A stretch of DNA of 64,000 nt from the human T2T-CHM13v2.0 reference genome, Homo sapiens. The position numbers and the translations under genes were made by a program. The first letter of the stretch is position 1. Every line of letters begins with the position of its first letter. The notes beneath the pieces are model-generated. The model was given only the letters and a program-made list of their open reading frames with translations. It ran no database searches and had not been told where the DNA came from. The stretch lies in assembly GCF_009914755.1 (NCBI RefSeq), contig NC_060927.1. The stretch is one strand, 5' to 3'. Shown here in pieces: positions 14,110-31,844 of the stretch.

Positions 14110-15000
14110 TTTTGGGGGGATTTTACATACTGAAAATGTCTTTAGCCCACATTCATATCTAGCAGATAATTTGATAGGATATATAATTTGAAGTGGAAGT
14201 TATTTTCCTCAGAATTTTAAAGGCTTTACTTCATTTTCTTTAGCTTTCAGTGTAGTTTTTAAGAAGTCTCATGCAATTCTGTCTATGGAGTCTTCATATT
14301 AATAACTGATTTATTTTTCTCTCTTTGAAAGCTTTTACAATAATTTCTCTATTCTGTGTGTTCTCTAATTTCAGGATGATAAGTACTGATGCTGGTCTTT
14401 TTACATTTGCTTTACTGGGCAATCACTGGTCCTTTACAATCTGGAAACTCATGTCTCTCGGTTTTTAGGACATTTTTAGACCACTTAACTTTGTATTTTT
14501 TTCTCTCTTCTGTTTTAGTTTATCTTTCTGGAACTCTTTTTATTCCTATTTGGATAATCTAAAATGGTTCTTTATTAATTTTATCCTTACTCTCCTAATT
14601 TTTATTTTTCTCTGCTCTATCTTCTAGAAAATTCTTTCACTGTCTTTCTTCCTTTCACTTATACTATCATGTTATTAATTTCTCAGAGTTATTGTTTGTT
14701 ATCTGTTTTATTATGTATGGCAGTGTTATTTTATTAGAGGAAGAAAAGTGTCTTCCTTTTACTGACAAAATAATTCTTTTGAAGTTTTCTTCTCAACTCA
14801 TAGACTGCTTCCTTCAAGTTGTTTTTTATTTTTATTTTGCTTATGTGTTTCATCTTTGTCTTTTGTACAGGAGGCTTAACTGAAATGTTTAAGAATCTTT
14901 ATCTGCATGCTTATATATAATATTGGGCACTAAAACTAATTAGTGGGTTGGTAACTGTGGGAAAGGCTTGTTACCTGTAAGCTTTATTTTATGATATTAC
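14110..15000 (-). mobile_element. Old L1M ORF1-region fragment, antisense
   Basis: gttattttcctcagaattttaaaggc...cttttacaatctggaaactcatgtc. Confidence 0.6.
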
Positions 15001-15026
15001 AGCTGTACAATTTAATTGGGGAATCC

Positions 15027-15142
15027 TTATCTTAGGTTCTGTATTCTTAAGGTAGCCCTATTGCTGTTATCTCAGGTTTTGTATTCTTAGGGTAGCCATA
15101 TTTCTATTATCTTAAGTTCTGTATTCTTAGGGTAGCCATATT
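15027..15142. repeat. 40-bp tandem repeat, ~2.9 copies
   Basis: ttatcttaggttctgtattcttaaggtagccctattgctg at 15027, with variants at 15067 and 15107. Confidence 0.92.
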
Positions 15143-16208
15143 CCTTACAGACTCTTCCAATCTCATGCTCGGAAATTGTGAGTTATTTGCCAGTATTCTG
15201 GGAACCAAATGGAAGGGGGTGGAAAGAAGACTGTGGATCTCAACATTAAGTATAGCAACAAAATGTACTTAATCATCCCTTTTTCAGAAATATACCCAGG
15301 CCTTCATTTGTGACTGATGTCTTCATTTTACGCTCTGTAGATAATGAAACTCCAGCCTTTTGATAACATAAAGGAAGAGGCATTGCCTGACAATACAGAG
15401 TTGGGGAAGGTTTTAGGGCTCTCATTACTTCTTCAAAAGCCTTTCAAACTATTCTGATTTAGTTGGGCCTCACTTTCCTGCCCTCTCTCTAAGAGATAGC
15501 AGATGTTAAAAATCTTTGAAACTTTGGGTCTCTGTAGCATGACATAGGTTTCTTTACCGCTAACAACTTAGCTTTGGAATTGAGTCTTAGAACTGGACTT
15601 CCTTGGGTATGTTAATTTAGTTACAATTCATACATCTCTTCCTCAGCTCCTAAAATTATTTTGATGTTTTCTGCATCTCTCTCCTGTTCTCTGTGCTTGG
15701 TGACTTCAACAAAAATGTAAACCCCATTTACTGTCATTTTAGTAGGGTTTTAGAAATGAAACATATATAATATACACCTTCATTCTGTCTTCCTTAACTT
15801 AAAGGCCTCTTATTACATTTTTTGGTAAAAATAATTATTAGATATTTTTCAAAATTTCAATATTTTTAATGAATGTTGTCTGTGAAATGTAAACAAAATT
15901 TGAAAAGAGAAATATGTTAAAAATAAGCAGGTTGCTAAGGATAACAGGAGAGAAAAAATTTGCTTAGCATGAAGACATGCAAGTGTTCTTCTTTTGATAA
16001 GAATTATATGACTTGGGATAGTAATAGCCATAGGGTAAGATAAATTCAATTTTTTAGAATCCTATTTATATCTTAATATAAATATTTAATGATTTGGTTG
16101 AATTAACCTAATGTCTGAACTGCTCTAACTTGAATTAAGAAAAATCCCTCATAACCTTTAAAATTTCCAAATGATGAAATATTTTTGAAGAATAGAAATA
16201 GCTCATGG

Positions 16209-16516
<308 letters not shown>

Positions 16517-18702
16517 TCACTGCTGTAATTAGTTCTCTTATGTGTACATAGTTTATAAAAAACTCAAGGAAAAATGTTGAATTGACAGCAATCTATTTTG
16601 TTTCTCCCTCTCTCTGTCTCTTATTCTTTATCACTTTCTCCTTTTCTAACTTTCTGCACCTTTTCATTCTCAGATATATTTTGGCATCTGAATGTGTGTG
16701 CATGTAGAATGTAAGAAGGGAAGAAGGAACTGAATATTATGGATTTGAAACTTCTTGACAAAACACAGCTGCTCATGTTGGAGGACATTTTATTGAATAC
16801 ACTAATTCCCACAGACTGCATCTGATACTCAATAGTTTTAAAGCTGATAAGATTTTACTATGAGCATTCTTAACTGAATATTTAACAACTGTGGTAGATG
16901 TCAATTACATCAATGGTAAAATTATATACTCTAGATTTATCTAGCACAAACTGACCTCATAGTAAAAATTAATTTACATAAAAATTATTTGAGTGATTTT
17001 TTTATTACTTACATGGAATGTTCTAGAACACTCTTAATAAATGTGCATATAGACACTATTTTCCATCAGATAATAATTAATAAGTAGATAGAATAGAAAC
17101 TCAGAATAGGATCCTAAAAATGTTAACAGTGCAATTGTAATTTCCTGACCAAAATGTGACATAGATATTACACCAGTTTCTCCTAAACCACCTGACTCCC
17201 CCCCAAAAGTTGAAAGGAGTTGAGGAACTGTATTTTATGATGCTAAACATTTGGATAAAAAGTGAAGTTTTCAGTTGATATTCTGAATGTTTACAAATAT
17301 TTTGTTTCTTTTTGTTGAGTTAACCAAACTCATACATTTTATATTTATCTTCAAGTCTTAAATGTTCATTTGGGTTTTATTCTAAAACATCTCAATAATT
17401 TATTCAAGAGTTAATCATGCAACTGTTTTGTTTTTTTCTAACAAATATATATACCATAGTCCCAATATTCTATTTAGCCTCAGGAATAATTGTATTTCCT
17501 TAGGGCCATGTACCTAAATGGGATAAATAGAAGTATGTTCTTAAGGATATTTTCAGTTTGTAGGTGAGGGCATTTTCAAACCCAAAATTCACCTATCCTC
17601 AGAGACTGATAAACTCCTAGAAGCATGTAGATCCTCTTCCTTAAAACCTTTCCACCTCCTCCCATCTTTAGCAGCACCAAACTAAAAATCAATTGTGCAC
17701 CAGAAAAATATCCTAGGTATGTATTATTGCTTCAGAGTTAACTTCAATCCTGCATACGTTATTAGACAAAGCACAAGAGGACTCTATTCAAAACATTATT
17801 AAATTGTTCAGACATAAAAGTCAATTGCTGGAAGTACAGGGTCAGTGTGTGTAAACTCATTTTCAGCTTTTAACAGAATAAAGCACTTTTAAATAATATT
17901 TAAATAACAGTTTTAAATAATTGTTAGTATTTTTAGGTCATTAGCAAAGAATTTTAGGTTTTGAGCACTTATGTAATTAATTGTACTTTTAAAAGATTTA
18001 AGGCCTAAAGATGGCAGAACAGTATGAGAGAAATCTGAGAATTTCCAAAGAAATGAAGTATTTTAAGGTGAGAAAGTTTAATCACTAGTCTACCCAAATA
18101 CTAGCCCGAATTGATGGAGTGCTAATTATGTACTAGGCACTGTTTTTTGTTTGATGTGAATTATACATGCTAACTAGTTTACTTTTCAAAGCAACCACTT
18201 GATACAGGAATTGTTAGGTTCCTAATACTGTTGATAAAATATATTGTCTTGTATTAAGGTAATGGATGAGGCATTACAAGAGTTTTGATTCAACTATGAT
18301 TGTGTTTTTAGCCCAGGCACAGCATTCAATTGCTTAATTGTTAAAATGAGATGCTATGACAAAGATGCTTGAATTTGTCTTTCAATTCTAGAAAGCTACA
18401 GATTTTAAGCTTTTCTATCTTATGGATTGGATAAAAAAAATAAGTTATCTGTCTTAGGTATTTTCTTCTTTTTCATGGACTGTGACTTTTTTTTTACGTT
18501 AATAACACAGTAAGTGTTAATAACGCCTTTATCAGAGGGTGTACAGGGAAAGGTAATGAGTTATTATAATTAGCTAATGTAGATCAATATTTAAAATAGT
18601 GCCTGGTCTATAGCAAGCACCAAGTAAATTTGAGATAACACGGTTTTTGACTAAATATCAGTATTTAAGTATTTTGTAATATTCTGTCCATTTTTAGCCT
18701 TA

Positions 18703-19145
18703 GTTTTTTATTTTTTTTAATTTTTGTGGCTGCATAATAGGTGTATATATTTATGGGGTACATGAGACATTTTGATACAGGCATGCAATGTGAAAAAAGC
18801 ACAACATGGAGAAGGAGTATCCATTCCCTCAGGCATTTATTCTTTGCGTTACAAACTATCCAATTACCCTCTTTATTTTAAAATGTATAATTAAGTTATT
18901 ATTGACGATAGTCACCCTGTTGTGCTATCAAACAGTAGGTCTTATTCATTCTTTCTATTTGTTTGTACCCGTTTACCATTGCCAATTGTCCCAAACCCTG
19001 ACTACCTTTCCGAGACTCTGGTAACCATCCTTCTACAAGCAAGAGACAGGCAGTAACAAATGCTGGCAATGATGTGAAGAAAAGGGTACCATTTTAAGCC
19101 ATTTTAACTGGGATGAGACGGTATCTCATTGTAGTTTTTATTTTG
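18703..19145 (-). mobile_element. Short L1MA-type element with an internal inverted segment
   Basis: Antisense 3' UTR 18703-19036, sense ORF2 piece ~19037-19090, antisense ORF2 piece ~19091-19145. Confidence 0.8.
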
Positions 19146-20427
19146 TTTATTCTGACAGTTTTTAAAGACATTTTACGTTTTATCCAGTAGTCTACTCTTA
19201 ATGCTTTAAATTGGTAAGAAATAACTTAGCTATTAACAGTAATAGTGAACTTGTCTGTTAATTGTAGATTTTTATACAGTCTTAACATCTTAACATCATG
19301 ATTTTATCCATTATTGTCATTCAATAATATTGGGATTGTTTATTCCTGTTATTTCACCAGCACTAAGGATATTGTGTTCCTCAAATATCATGTAACTTTA
19401 ATGAGTATTACATTGTTTTTCTTCTCAAACTTCCTTTGAGATAGCCGATGTAAAATACTCATGCACATTTCATTTATAATTAACTTAAAAATTTCTATTT
19501 GGTTTTCAATTCTTTTCCACAATCTGATCTATTACTATTTTCATTTTTCTTTTATCCACTTTTATTGTCTTCTGCATTCAACAGCCATTCACAGTTGGAT
19601 CTCTCACAACAAATATTCAGTCCTGCCTAATTTTTCAATTCATTTATGATTGAATGAGAAAGTACTATGTATCAAAGCCTCACACTCCAATGTGAAAAGG
19701 CAAAGCACTAAATAAATTGTGACTACCTTATCAAGAATGGATCTGGAGGCCAATAAAACTTTCGAATCTCAATTTTCTAATATTGTTTCTTGAATACATC
19801 CAAAAATGTTTTATCAGAAAATTATATACATTTACACATATTTGTAAATTGGTATCTAAAATATCTAATTACAACTTTAAATAATATGAAAGTATGTAAT
19901 TTCCTACATTATGAAAATATCACCATCTAAAAAATCATTGTTTCTTGAATACATCCAAAAATGTATCATCATTAGGTTACTCTTGTAAATGTATCCATTG
20001 GTATTAAATACCATATCAATCTGATATTTGTCATCTACTTAAAAATATCGATAAGCAAGATTATAAATTTGTCAGTTCCCTTTTCTCCTAAACTCACATT
20101 CCCATGCCATTTGCTGCATTCAGAGTTTATCCATTATATTATATATTTTTGCTTGAAAGTGTTTAATTATCTGATCACACTCCTTCACATCAAAAATATG
20201 TGTATTTAAATTTAAATCATTATTCAAATTTCATCATATTATAGGCTCAAAGTATTAAAGACTTTATATTGCATTTTCATTACAATTATCCTCAATTTAT
20301 GTTTATTACACAACATAAATATAGGTTATGTTGACATTTAAAATTACTACATATAAAGCAAAGTATAACACACCTTGAAAGATAAAGGAGTATAGCTTAC
20401 TTTTCAATTGAATTATGCATATATAGA

Positions 20428-23046
<2,619 letters not shown>

Positions 23047-24772
23047 ATAGATGAATATCACCACTAAAATATTATCATTAAAATGAGAAATATTACCATT
23101 AATATATTACCATTATCATAAATATTAACATTATAATGAGACATTATGTGGCTTTCTTGGATATAATATATTCCATCAGTACCCATTTTTGTGTGTATGT
23201 GTGTGCCCACTTGCCAACATTGCTGTGGACACTAAAACCTATCTCTTAAGTCAATTCCCATTTAGATATTCCAATTAATTCAGATTTCTCTTTCCTGTGT
23301 CATATGTATATTCTCTACTTATTGCATACTGTCACCTTGTCATTTTGTATTTTGAGCTTTAAAAATTATTCCTGCATTTTTACTGCCTAGGGACATTATA
23401 CTAATTTTCCAGCTCTGTACCCTCCACTTCTATGACTTTTTTTACTTTGTTTTCCTTGAGTACTTCTTCCTAATTCAAGCTCCCCCTTTCCTGAAAAGCT
23501 CCAATATCATAAGTTTCATATTACAAAATCAATTACAATGTTTCAAATTATTATTTATTGCTCATTGTGTTTTTTGAATTTTAAGCATTTCAAAAACCAG
23601 TCATGAAATTTGACTATAGCAAATTGCATTAGAAATTATTGGTGTCTAGCCTACAATAAGTAGTCAATGAATGTCTGTTGTTTCAATCACCCTGGCATTA
23701 AAAATAGATGCTAAGGGAGTAAACATTACATACTAAGTAGTAGAGTTAGAACTTAATGCTTGCTTTAGTAAACAATTTCAATGCATAAATCTTGTAAAAG
23801 TAATTAGAATGGATTTATTAATTAATTGATTTCAAGTTGTTTTTCTGTTATTTGTTGTGTCTTTTTTTTCTTTTCTTTTCTCTGAATTTTGTTGGTCTAT
23901 ATCTTCTTCAGTAACCACATTTGGATACTTTAAATTAGATCCTAAATATTATTCAGTAACTTTGGAGAAGTTAAAAAAAACAACTCATTACTCAGGAAAG
24001 AGATGGTATACGAAATCTTAAAAAAAAGAAGCAATCTTTAAATCTCTAATATTTAACAATTCTACACAAGATTCTTTTCAGGAAGGAAGCTTTCTCAAAA
24101 AGTGTGAATCAGAAAAGTAAACTTTGGTTCCTATAGTGTTAGGTGGAGACAAGTTTCAGTCGGTTTTATAATAAATTCAATTGAGTCTATGTTCCCTTAT
24201 ATACTTCTTTCATTTTGACTATCAAATATCTTTCAGGGCTCTCACCAATCTGCTATTTTCACATTTATATATCACTGAGATATTTCTGATTTTGTACTTT
24301 TCTCAAGGAAAACAGCCAATGCATATTTAGATAACACTGATGACTGGCATCATGTTTAAATTTATTTTACATTCAATTTAGACTCAAAAAAGAAACCCTT
24401 TGTTTAGTTTAACTTCAGTGTCCACACAACTGCATAGCCACATAAGCCCCTCTGAGGTAACATACAGAAATTAATCTACTTGTATATTGGTCCTACAGTC
24501 AAATTCCCACTTAAGATTCATTATTATGTAAAGTAACTACAAAACTTGATGGAGAGAACTGATTTAATTTATTAAATCTTGTGAAAGTAATTGAAGCTGG
24601 AAACTTCTTTGAGCTGCAGAGAACATGGCTTCAGGGGTGACTTGCCTTTATAAATTCTTTGTAGGATTATAGTGGACTAATCAATTTTAATAACTACATT
24701 GACATTCCCATTCTCTATGAATCCATCTATGAATGGCAGACCCAATATCTAGGTTCTAGTACCTAGTTTCCA

Positions 24773-25374
24773 TGGTTGGAGACTAGAATGTATCACCCCA
24801 AAATATTATTACAAATTAATTTGGGCCATGCTGCCCCAACATATGCCACCCTGGTATCTTGATTATTTTGAAGGTGCTTGAAAAATAGCAAAGGTAGGGA
24901 GAGACTTTCTGTAAACACTCGTTCTGTCTAAAGTCAGATCTTAAAAAAAAAGAAAAAAGAAATCTAAATTGTCATAAATCCCTTCCCTGGCTATTGTTTA
25001 ATCAGCAGAAAAAATTGACTCCTATCAGAGAAAAGATTAGAAGTCAACACCACACCGAGACAAACTTTGTCACAAATTATCAGAATTCCCATCTGTTATT
25101 CTAAGGACCCACTGATCTTTTCTAAAAGTCATTTACTCTCCCCAAATGATCTACAGCCTCCTCTCCTTCCCCTATTAAGATGGTCTATATGTTGTCAAAT
25201 CTTACCAATTTGAAGGGTATTCACTTTTTTTTTCCTGTGATGTCCCATGCATGTAATATTAAAAACTGGCAAGTCCGTATGCCTTTTCTTCTGTTAATTT
25301 GCCAGGTGTCAGTTTATTTCATACATCCAGCTGTTGAACCAGGAGAGCAGAGGGAAAGTCTTTCCTCCCTTATA
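24773..25374 (+). mobile_element. MER34-like ERV1 solo LTR
   Basis: ggagactagaatgtatcaccccaaaata...gattattttgaag at the start; gagggaaagtctttcctccctta at the end. Confidence 0.65.
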
Positions 25375-27099
25375 TGGTGCTTTCAATAGAGTCTATTTCT
25401 CAATGTGTAATTTATTATTCATTAGGTGAGTATAGTACTAACTGTAAAATATATTTCACTATTAATATGAGAAGTTTTTTGCGCTCATATTGTCTTCAAC
25501 TCAAACTGTTCTCTCTTGTCTACTTATACTTGATATGGTAATCTGTTAATGACTAAGATCTGATCAGTTGCTTTCTGGGTGTCAACATTTTCACTTTCTC
25601 TCAATGAAACAAGTTTTATGTTGCAGAAAAATATTTCCCATGTGAAAGCTTACTCAAGCATATTCTGCATCTGTACATCAATGGCTCTTCTGGTTTAAAT
25701 TGAAAGTACAGATTTTTTGAAAATGAAATGCAAGCTTATGCCATAAAGAAGTTGAATAGCTGGGCCATAATGGATAGTAATGAGTCATTAGTGACTAAGG
25801 TGAAGAAAAAATTGCTGTAAAGTAATAAATGGCTTTGCAGCACATGCAACATTCAGCAAGAACCAAATGTCAATGAGAATCCAGGTGCCAAGCCTTCCTG
25901 TGAGTTTATAAACTACTTAGAAGAACACAAACAATTTATACCTTATAGTAGAGAATAAAATTGAATGCTTAAATCTCCAATTCTCATTAAACCTTAGCTA
26001 CTTAGGTGGTAGAGAGAGCAGTTTAAACAGTTACGAAAATTGTGTAGCATACTGATTACTCTCAGCACTTCCTAAAATCAGTCTATAATCATATTCCCAA
26101 ACAGCTGCCAGCACTACTTCCCATTTCTTTGAAACTGGTTCTTTTTTCCAAAAGGTTGTGTAGAAACCATGAATTCTCTGACAGGGCCATTCATGTCTCA
26201 TTCTGAGAGGTACTTAGTATACTCAAGAAATAGTTGTTAAAAGCAAGAGGCTTTTTTTTTTTTAATTTTACGACAGTTATAGCAAGAGTTCTGTTTAGTT
26301 AAAAAGGATGTAAGCTGTGGATTGGGAGCAAGGATCTAGAGAAGTCCTGCTGGGCCATGCATGGCCTTTAATTTTCAGGACAGGAGGGAGATTTGGGAGA
26401 TCAAGAGAAGGGGGTGAAGGCATTAATCTGGGAAGTAAAAAGGCACACAGGACAAAGAGTAGCAGTGATTTACTATTAGGGAAGTATTTCAGTGTTTTAA
26501 TTACCACTATTGGCTTATCATGACATGCTGACTGAATATTGACCCTGATTAAATGAATATCTTCAGCAACGCTGTCAAAATTTGCCCATTAGAAAATTTT
26601 GTAGTGGCTATGTTGCCACCTGACCCTGTCACCAGATGCCCTCAATGAGGTTGATATCTCTTATTTTCAATAGCCATTTCCTATTCTGTTCACAGATTAG
26701 AACATAAAGTCTCCGTCAAGTTACATAACAATTTACAGAACTAGCAAGTGACAGCGCAGGAATTCATCTTTTCTCCCACTGCTTTTAAAACTATCTCTGC
26801 TGAAGAATAAAAGGCCCCCTAGGGGAACCTAGAATAAGAACTCCACATCCAAGTGAAACTTTGGGAAGGAGTGGAGGGCTGTTCAGATGTGATGGAGAGA
26901 AGGGATAGTGTCTTTGTTACAACTCAAGCTTGTCACATTTTGTTCTTTATAATTCTAAAAATAAAACTTCAGATGTCCAACAAAGTACACCATATGAAAT
27001 ATATTTGAGCATGGTTTAGTTCCGCAAGTTGTTCAGGGAAAATGGGTGCTCTGGATAGAGGCTCTGTGTGAATGAAGGTGTGACCCAAGATCACCAGGC

Positions 27100-27310
27100 A
27101 GTTCTATAAAGTGTGAACTCTAACTAGAGCTTTATCTAGGTGTGGCACATTGGGCAGGACACTTAATCTCTCTAAGCTGCAGTTCCCTCATCTGTAGAAC
27201 TGTAATGATTCTCTTTATTCAATAACTAGGGAAATTTAATGTGATGATTTATATTTAGGGCTTCGCATAATGACTGAAAAAAGGGCTAAATAAATGTTAG
27301 TTCTTGCTAT
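27100..27310 (+). mobile_element. MIR SINE
   Basis: ttgggcaggacacttaatctctctaagctgcagttccctcatctgtagaa. Confidence 0.75.
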
Positions 27311-27874
27311 AGCCATTTTTACATAAGAAAAAGGAAAAGTGAAAGTCTTATCTTCCTAACCTTAGCAGCTGCTATAGAATTTTTTGCAGAGTGAATATTT
27401 GATAAATGCTTGTTGAATGAGTAACAACTTAAACTAAATACCAGTTGACATGTTGTCTTTTCTGTTTTCAGTGAGATATTCCAATCATAGTAAACATCCA
27501 TTAGAGTCAGGGTTATTTGATTTTTAATTTCTTTTTCCTGTAGGTATGTATGTCTAGAGTTCCTTAAATAGCAGCATGGAAAACAGTAGATTTCAAGACT
27601 GTGGAAGACTATCAATTATAATAATTTTATAAATGATAAGTTCTAAAGTAACTTCACTTTACATAAGTGTACATGTAAAGCATATAAATCAAAACATAAT
27701 GTAGCATAGCATGGTGCTATAGAACAACACAGTGGAAATAAGCTAAAGGTTAACTCAGTTAAATTATAACATGTAGTAACACTAAGCGTTTGCTATGTGC
27801 TGTGAAATTCAACAAGAGCTGTGGGGTAGCATAAAATATAAGACATGAGCTCAGCCCTTAACAGTGCCACTCTA

Positions 27875-28155
27875 GGCTGGGCGCGAACGCTCACGCCTGT
27901 AATCCCAGCACTTTGGGAGGCCGAGGCGGCCAGATCATGAGGTCAGGAGATCGAGACCATCCTGGCTAACAGGGTGAAACTCCGTCTCTACTAAAAATAC
28001 AAAAAAATTAGCCGGGCATGGTGGCGGGCGCCTGTAGTCCCAGCTACTCGGGAGGCTGAAGCAGGAGAATGGCATGACCCGGAAGGCGGAGCTTGCAGCG
28101 AGCAGAGACCACACCACTGCACTCCAGCCTGGGCAACAGAGCTAGACTCCGTCTC

Positions 28156-28184
<29 letters not shown>
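27875..28184 (+). mobile_element. AluY SINE
   Basis: Y-diagnostic gagatcgagaccatcctggctaac and ggcggagcttgcag; long pure polyA; TSD aacagtgccactcta / aagagcgccactcta. Confidence 0.95.
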
Positions 28185-28188
<4 letters not shown>

Positions 28189-28507
28189 GCCACTCTAAGT
28201 TACCATATAAGATTATAAGTTTTTTTTTAATTTAGTCATTTGTATATGCATTAATTTACAAATTTTACTGGAGACTTGCAATATGCCACGCACACTGCTA
28301 GGCACTGAGTATACAATACAAACAAAACAATGTTTTCACTTTCAATGAACTCGTATTCCTGTGGAGGAGATAGACATGTAAACAGCTAATTAAAATGAAA
28401 TGTTTTAAGTGTTATAAGAATGAAATAGAACAGAATGTGATCGATCACAGGACAAATTGAACGTGACTGGTAATGCGTTTGGTAGGAGTTCACAGATGAG
28501 AAAATTA

Positions 28508-28869
<362 letters not shown>

Positions 28870-30849
28870 GATGTATAATTACAAGTCAAGTGGGAATGGA
28901 TATCATCAAGGAATATAGAATAGATTTTAAAGAATGGTATTATATTTATTTAAGTAGATGGAAGGGATGAGGCCTTTGGGTACTTTAATTTTTTTTTACT
29001 TGGAATTCTCCATTTTGACTATCCATCTGCCAAACGAACTATGCATCTCTTTTATTTTGTGCCATGATTCAGAGAATCTTAGTGAGAAAGGTCTCGAGTA
29101 TTATTTGAATAAACTTTGCATTATTTATTGTCGATAAAGCATCCCTGGCATTTGGTTCCTAAAACTTGGTCTTCCTTTTCTGTTTGAACACTGCCAGTAA
29201 TTGGGTTGCCTACTATCTGTCTTTTTTATATTTAGCAAAAAGTATTTCTCACTTATTTCTCCTAGTTTTCTCTACAGTTTGCATAAACTCTTTGGTATCC
29301 TTTTCATTAAATAGACCTTCAAAAAATTTTATATACTACTCATGTGTTTACAAAGTCCTTTCTTTTATAGACTTAGCATAAATACATAAAAACATATATA
29401 CTAAAAGCATATATTTAATACAAGCATCATCAACTTCAACTGTATCTCATATGGCATAGTTTCTAGATATTTGACCATTTGAGGAAGAGAAATAAAAGTA
29501 CTAGTAATATTTTTACCTAGTAGCAGAAATGGATTTAAAACTCCTAATAAGATCTTGAGATATCTGATCACATTTGTGATGGCTCTCTTTAGAATAAGGT
29601 GTCCTATGTGTTTCTTTGCCCCCAGCTCTTTTTATTTTCACCATTTTTAAATATTGCTTGTTAGAATCTTCCATTTCCTCTTATAATTACTTGGCTTCTT
29701 TAGGTAAAATTTTTGGTCTTTTTTACTCATGATTATAGTGATTTTATATTTGATCATAGTAGTTGGTTTACTAGAAAGAGGCTTAAACTCAGCTATGTCT
29801 GTGTTACTTCTCTGGACCTGTATTTCTTCATCTGTAAATGAGGAGACACGAGTAGCTAAATTCTTTGGCTTTAAAATTATGATTCCACAGGTCTGTGCTC
29901 TATGTTCTCATTGGAACAACTGGGAGCATCAGAGGTAACTATTATTTTTGCTGACTATACAGTGTCTTTTGAAATTAAACAACAATAAAGATTATTCCTA
30001 GTTGAAGCAGTTATCTTGATCTTTGTTTTTGGCTGAGATTCAGTGGTGTGTGTGTAATTTATAGCAGCAGAAAAAAGCAATAGGGGGAGGAGGAAAGCCA
30101 ACATGACCTTGTGAAGAGGAGCACAGCAACCGTGCTATTCACATGAGAGAGAAAAATAAGAACCAATAAACACCACTTCTTAGAGTAATAGATACCAAAG
30201 AAAAGAAAGAGGGATCATTGGTAAATAATGGGGCAATCCTACTGTCTCTTACCATTCTTTATTCTGTTCATGACATGAATGTAGCCTCATAAATTACTTT
30301 CTAAAGCTGAAAGTGTTTTTCTTTGAAAAGAGATTCATCATCTATGATTCTGATTCCCTGTACTGAAATGAATGGAATCAATTGCATACTCTGTAATAAT
30401 GCTGCATAAAAATTACCTTTTGAGACCATAACCTTTCCCAAACAGCATAATAATTGAAATGCTATCTTGCTGCATGGTAATTGTGAGAATCTCACTTTCC
30501 CTTCTATTCCATGTAAGACCTCAAAATCTCTCAGTGATATGACAAATAAATAAGCTTCATACCTGCAGCTTCATCTTCCCTCCTCTGAGCCAGCTAATAT
30601 ATCTCAATTGTTCAGATCCTCAGGAGTAATATGCTGTGATATTATTTGTTAAATTAAAAAATTCTTAGTGTCTACTTTCCAACAACTTTTACATGAAAAG
30701 TTATAAATATCTATACATACACAAATATCTATACATATATAAATATCTATACAACATAATATCTATACATGTATAAATGCATACATGCACAACACTAAAG
30801 TCATATATATGCAATACATACATATACACATAAATGCATACACACATAG

Positions 30850-31075
30850 TAAATGACAGTTTATAGTGTCCATTGTTGTTCTATGCACTTCATACTTCAT
30901 ACAGTAACTCATTTAATCTTCACAATTCATAATAGGCATAACTGAATATTATAATAAGATATCATCATCCTCATTTTGTAGATGAGAAATCTGAGAAACA
31001 ATGAAGCAAAGTTACTTGGCTAAGGTCACACAGTAAAGGAATTAAGGAAGCAATTTGCCTGCAGTGACATTACTC
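30850..31075 (-). mobile_element. MIR SINE
   Basis: aactcatttaatcttcacaa...cctcattttgtagatgagaaatctgag...ttacttggctaaggtcacacag. Confidence 0.8.
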
Positions 31076-31844
31076 TTATATTATTGATTATTTTTATATT
31101 GCCATATAAATGTTCCATAAATCAACATACTGAATATCTACTTTCTACGTATGGATCCACTATAAAATGATTAAAGTTAACAAAATGTAATGTTACCTTG
31201 AATTATTTGGAAATAGGTAGTAAAAAGGAGATAGAAAATGTTAGATGCAATTGATTCCTATGAAAATTTAAAACTTAAAAACTAAAAATTAACCCTTGGC
31301 TTCTAAGAATTCTACTTCGTTCTAATATCTCATTTTCAGCACATCTTGGCTGTACTTATCATGGTGAACAGGAGGAAGGAATAATCTGTTACTTACCAAA
31401 GTCTTTCTATTTAAATATCAGGCATATCTAAAGAGTCCAGTAGACAGTAAAATACAATTCTTAATTCTCCTCACAGGTCATATTCAATCTTTTAAAATTT
31501 CTCTTAGAAGAAGATAGGGGGTGTGAGTGGAAGAGTAAAGAAAAATTACATCATACAAAAAATTGGAATAAGGAAGAGGTGATAAAAGAAAATGACCTTG
31601 GAAATCCATCTACAAAGTAAGTCATCTCAAATTGAAGTGATCATCTAAAGATATTTTCTATATTAAGAATATGAGAAGGTGCTAGCAAAATTTTAGTGTA
31701 TTACCATACAAAAACAGTCAATAGTTTATCTTTAATTAATTAGATCTATCTTTACTGTCTTATGTTTCCATCTTCTAGGACCCAAGGAAAAGTATGGCTA
31801 ATTGCTTATGAAAACACTCAAATAAACAGGAGCACCCTGATGTG

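Noticed and set aside
15027-15142. 40-bp repeats as a CRISPR array
   Set aside because: No unique spacers; a simple tandem duplication.
30700-30850. TA/CA-rich quasi-repeat
   Set aside because: A degenerate low-complexity microsatellite.
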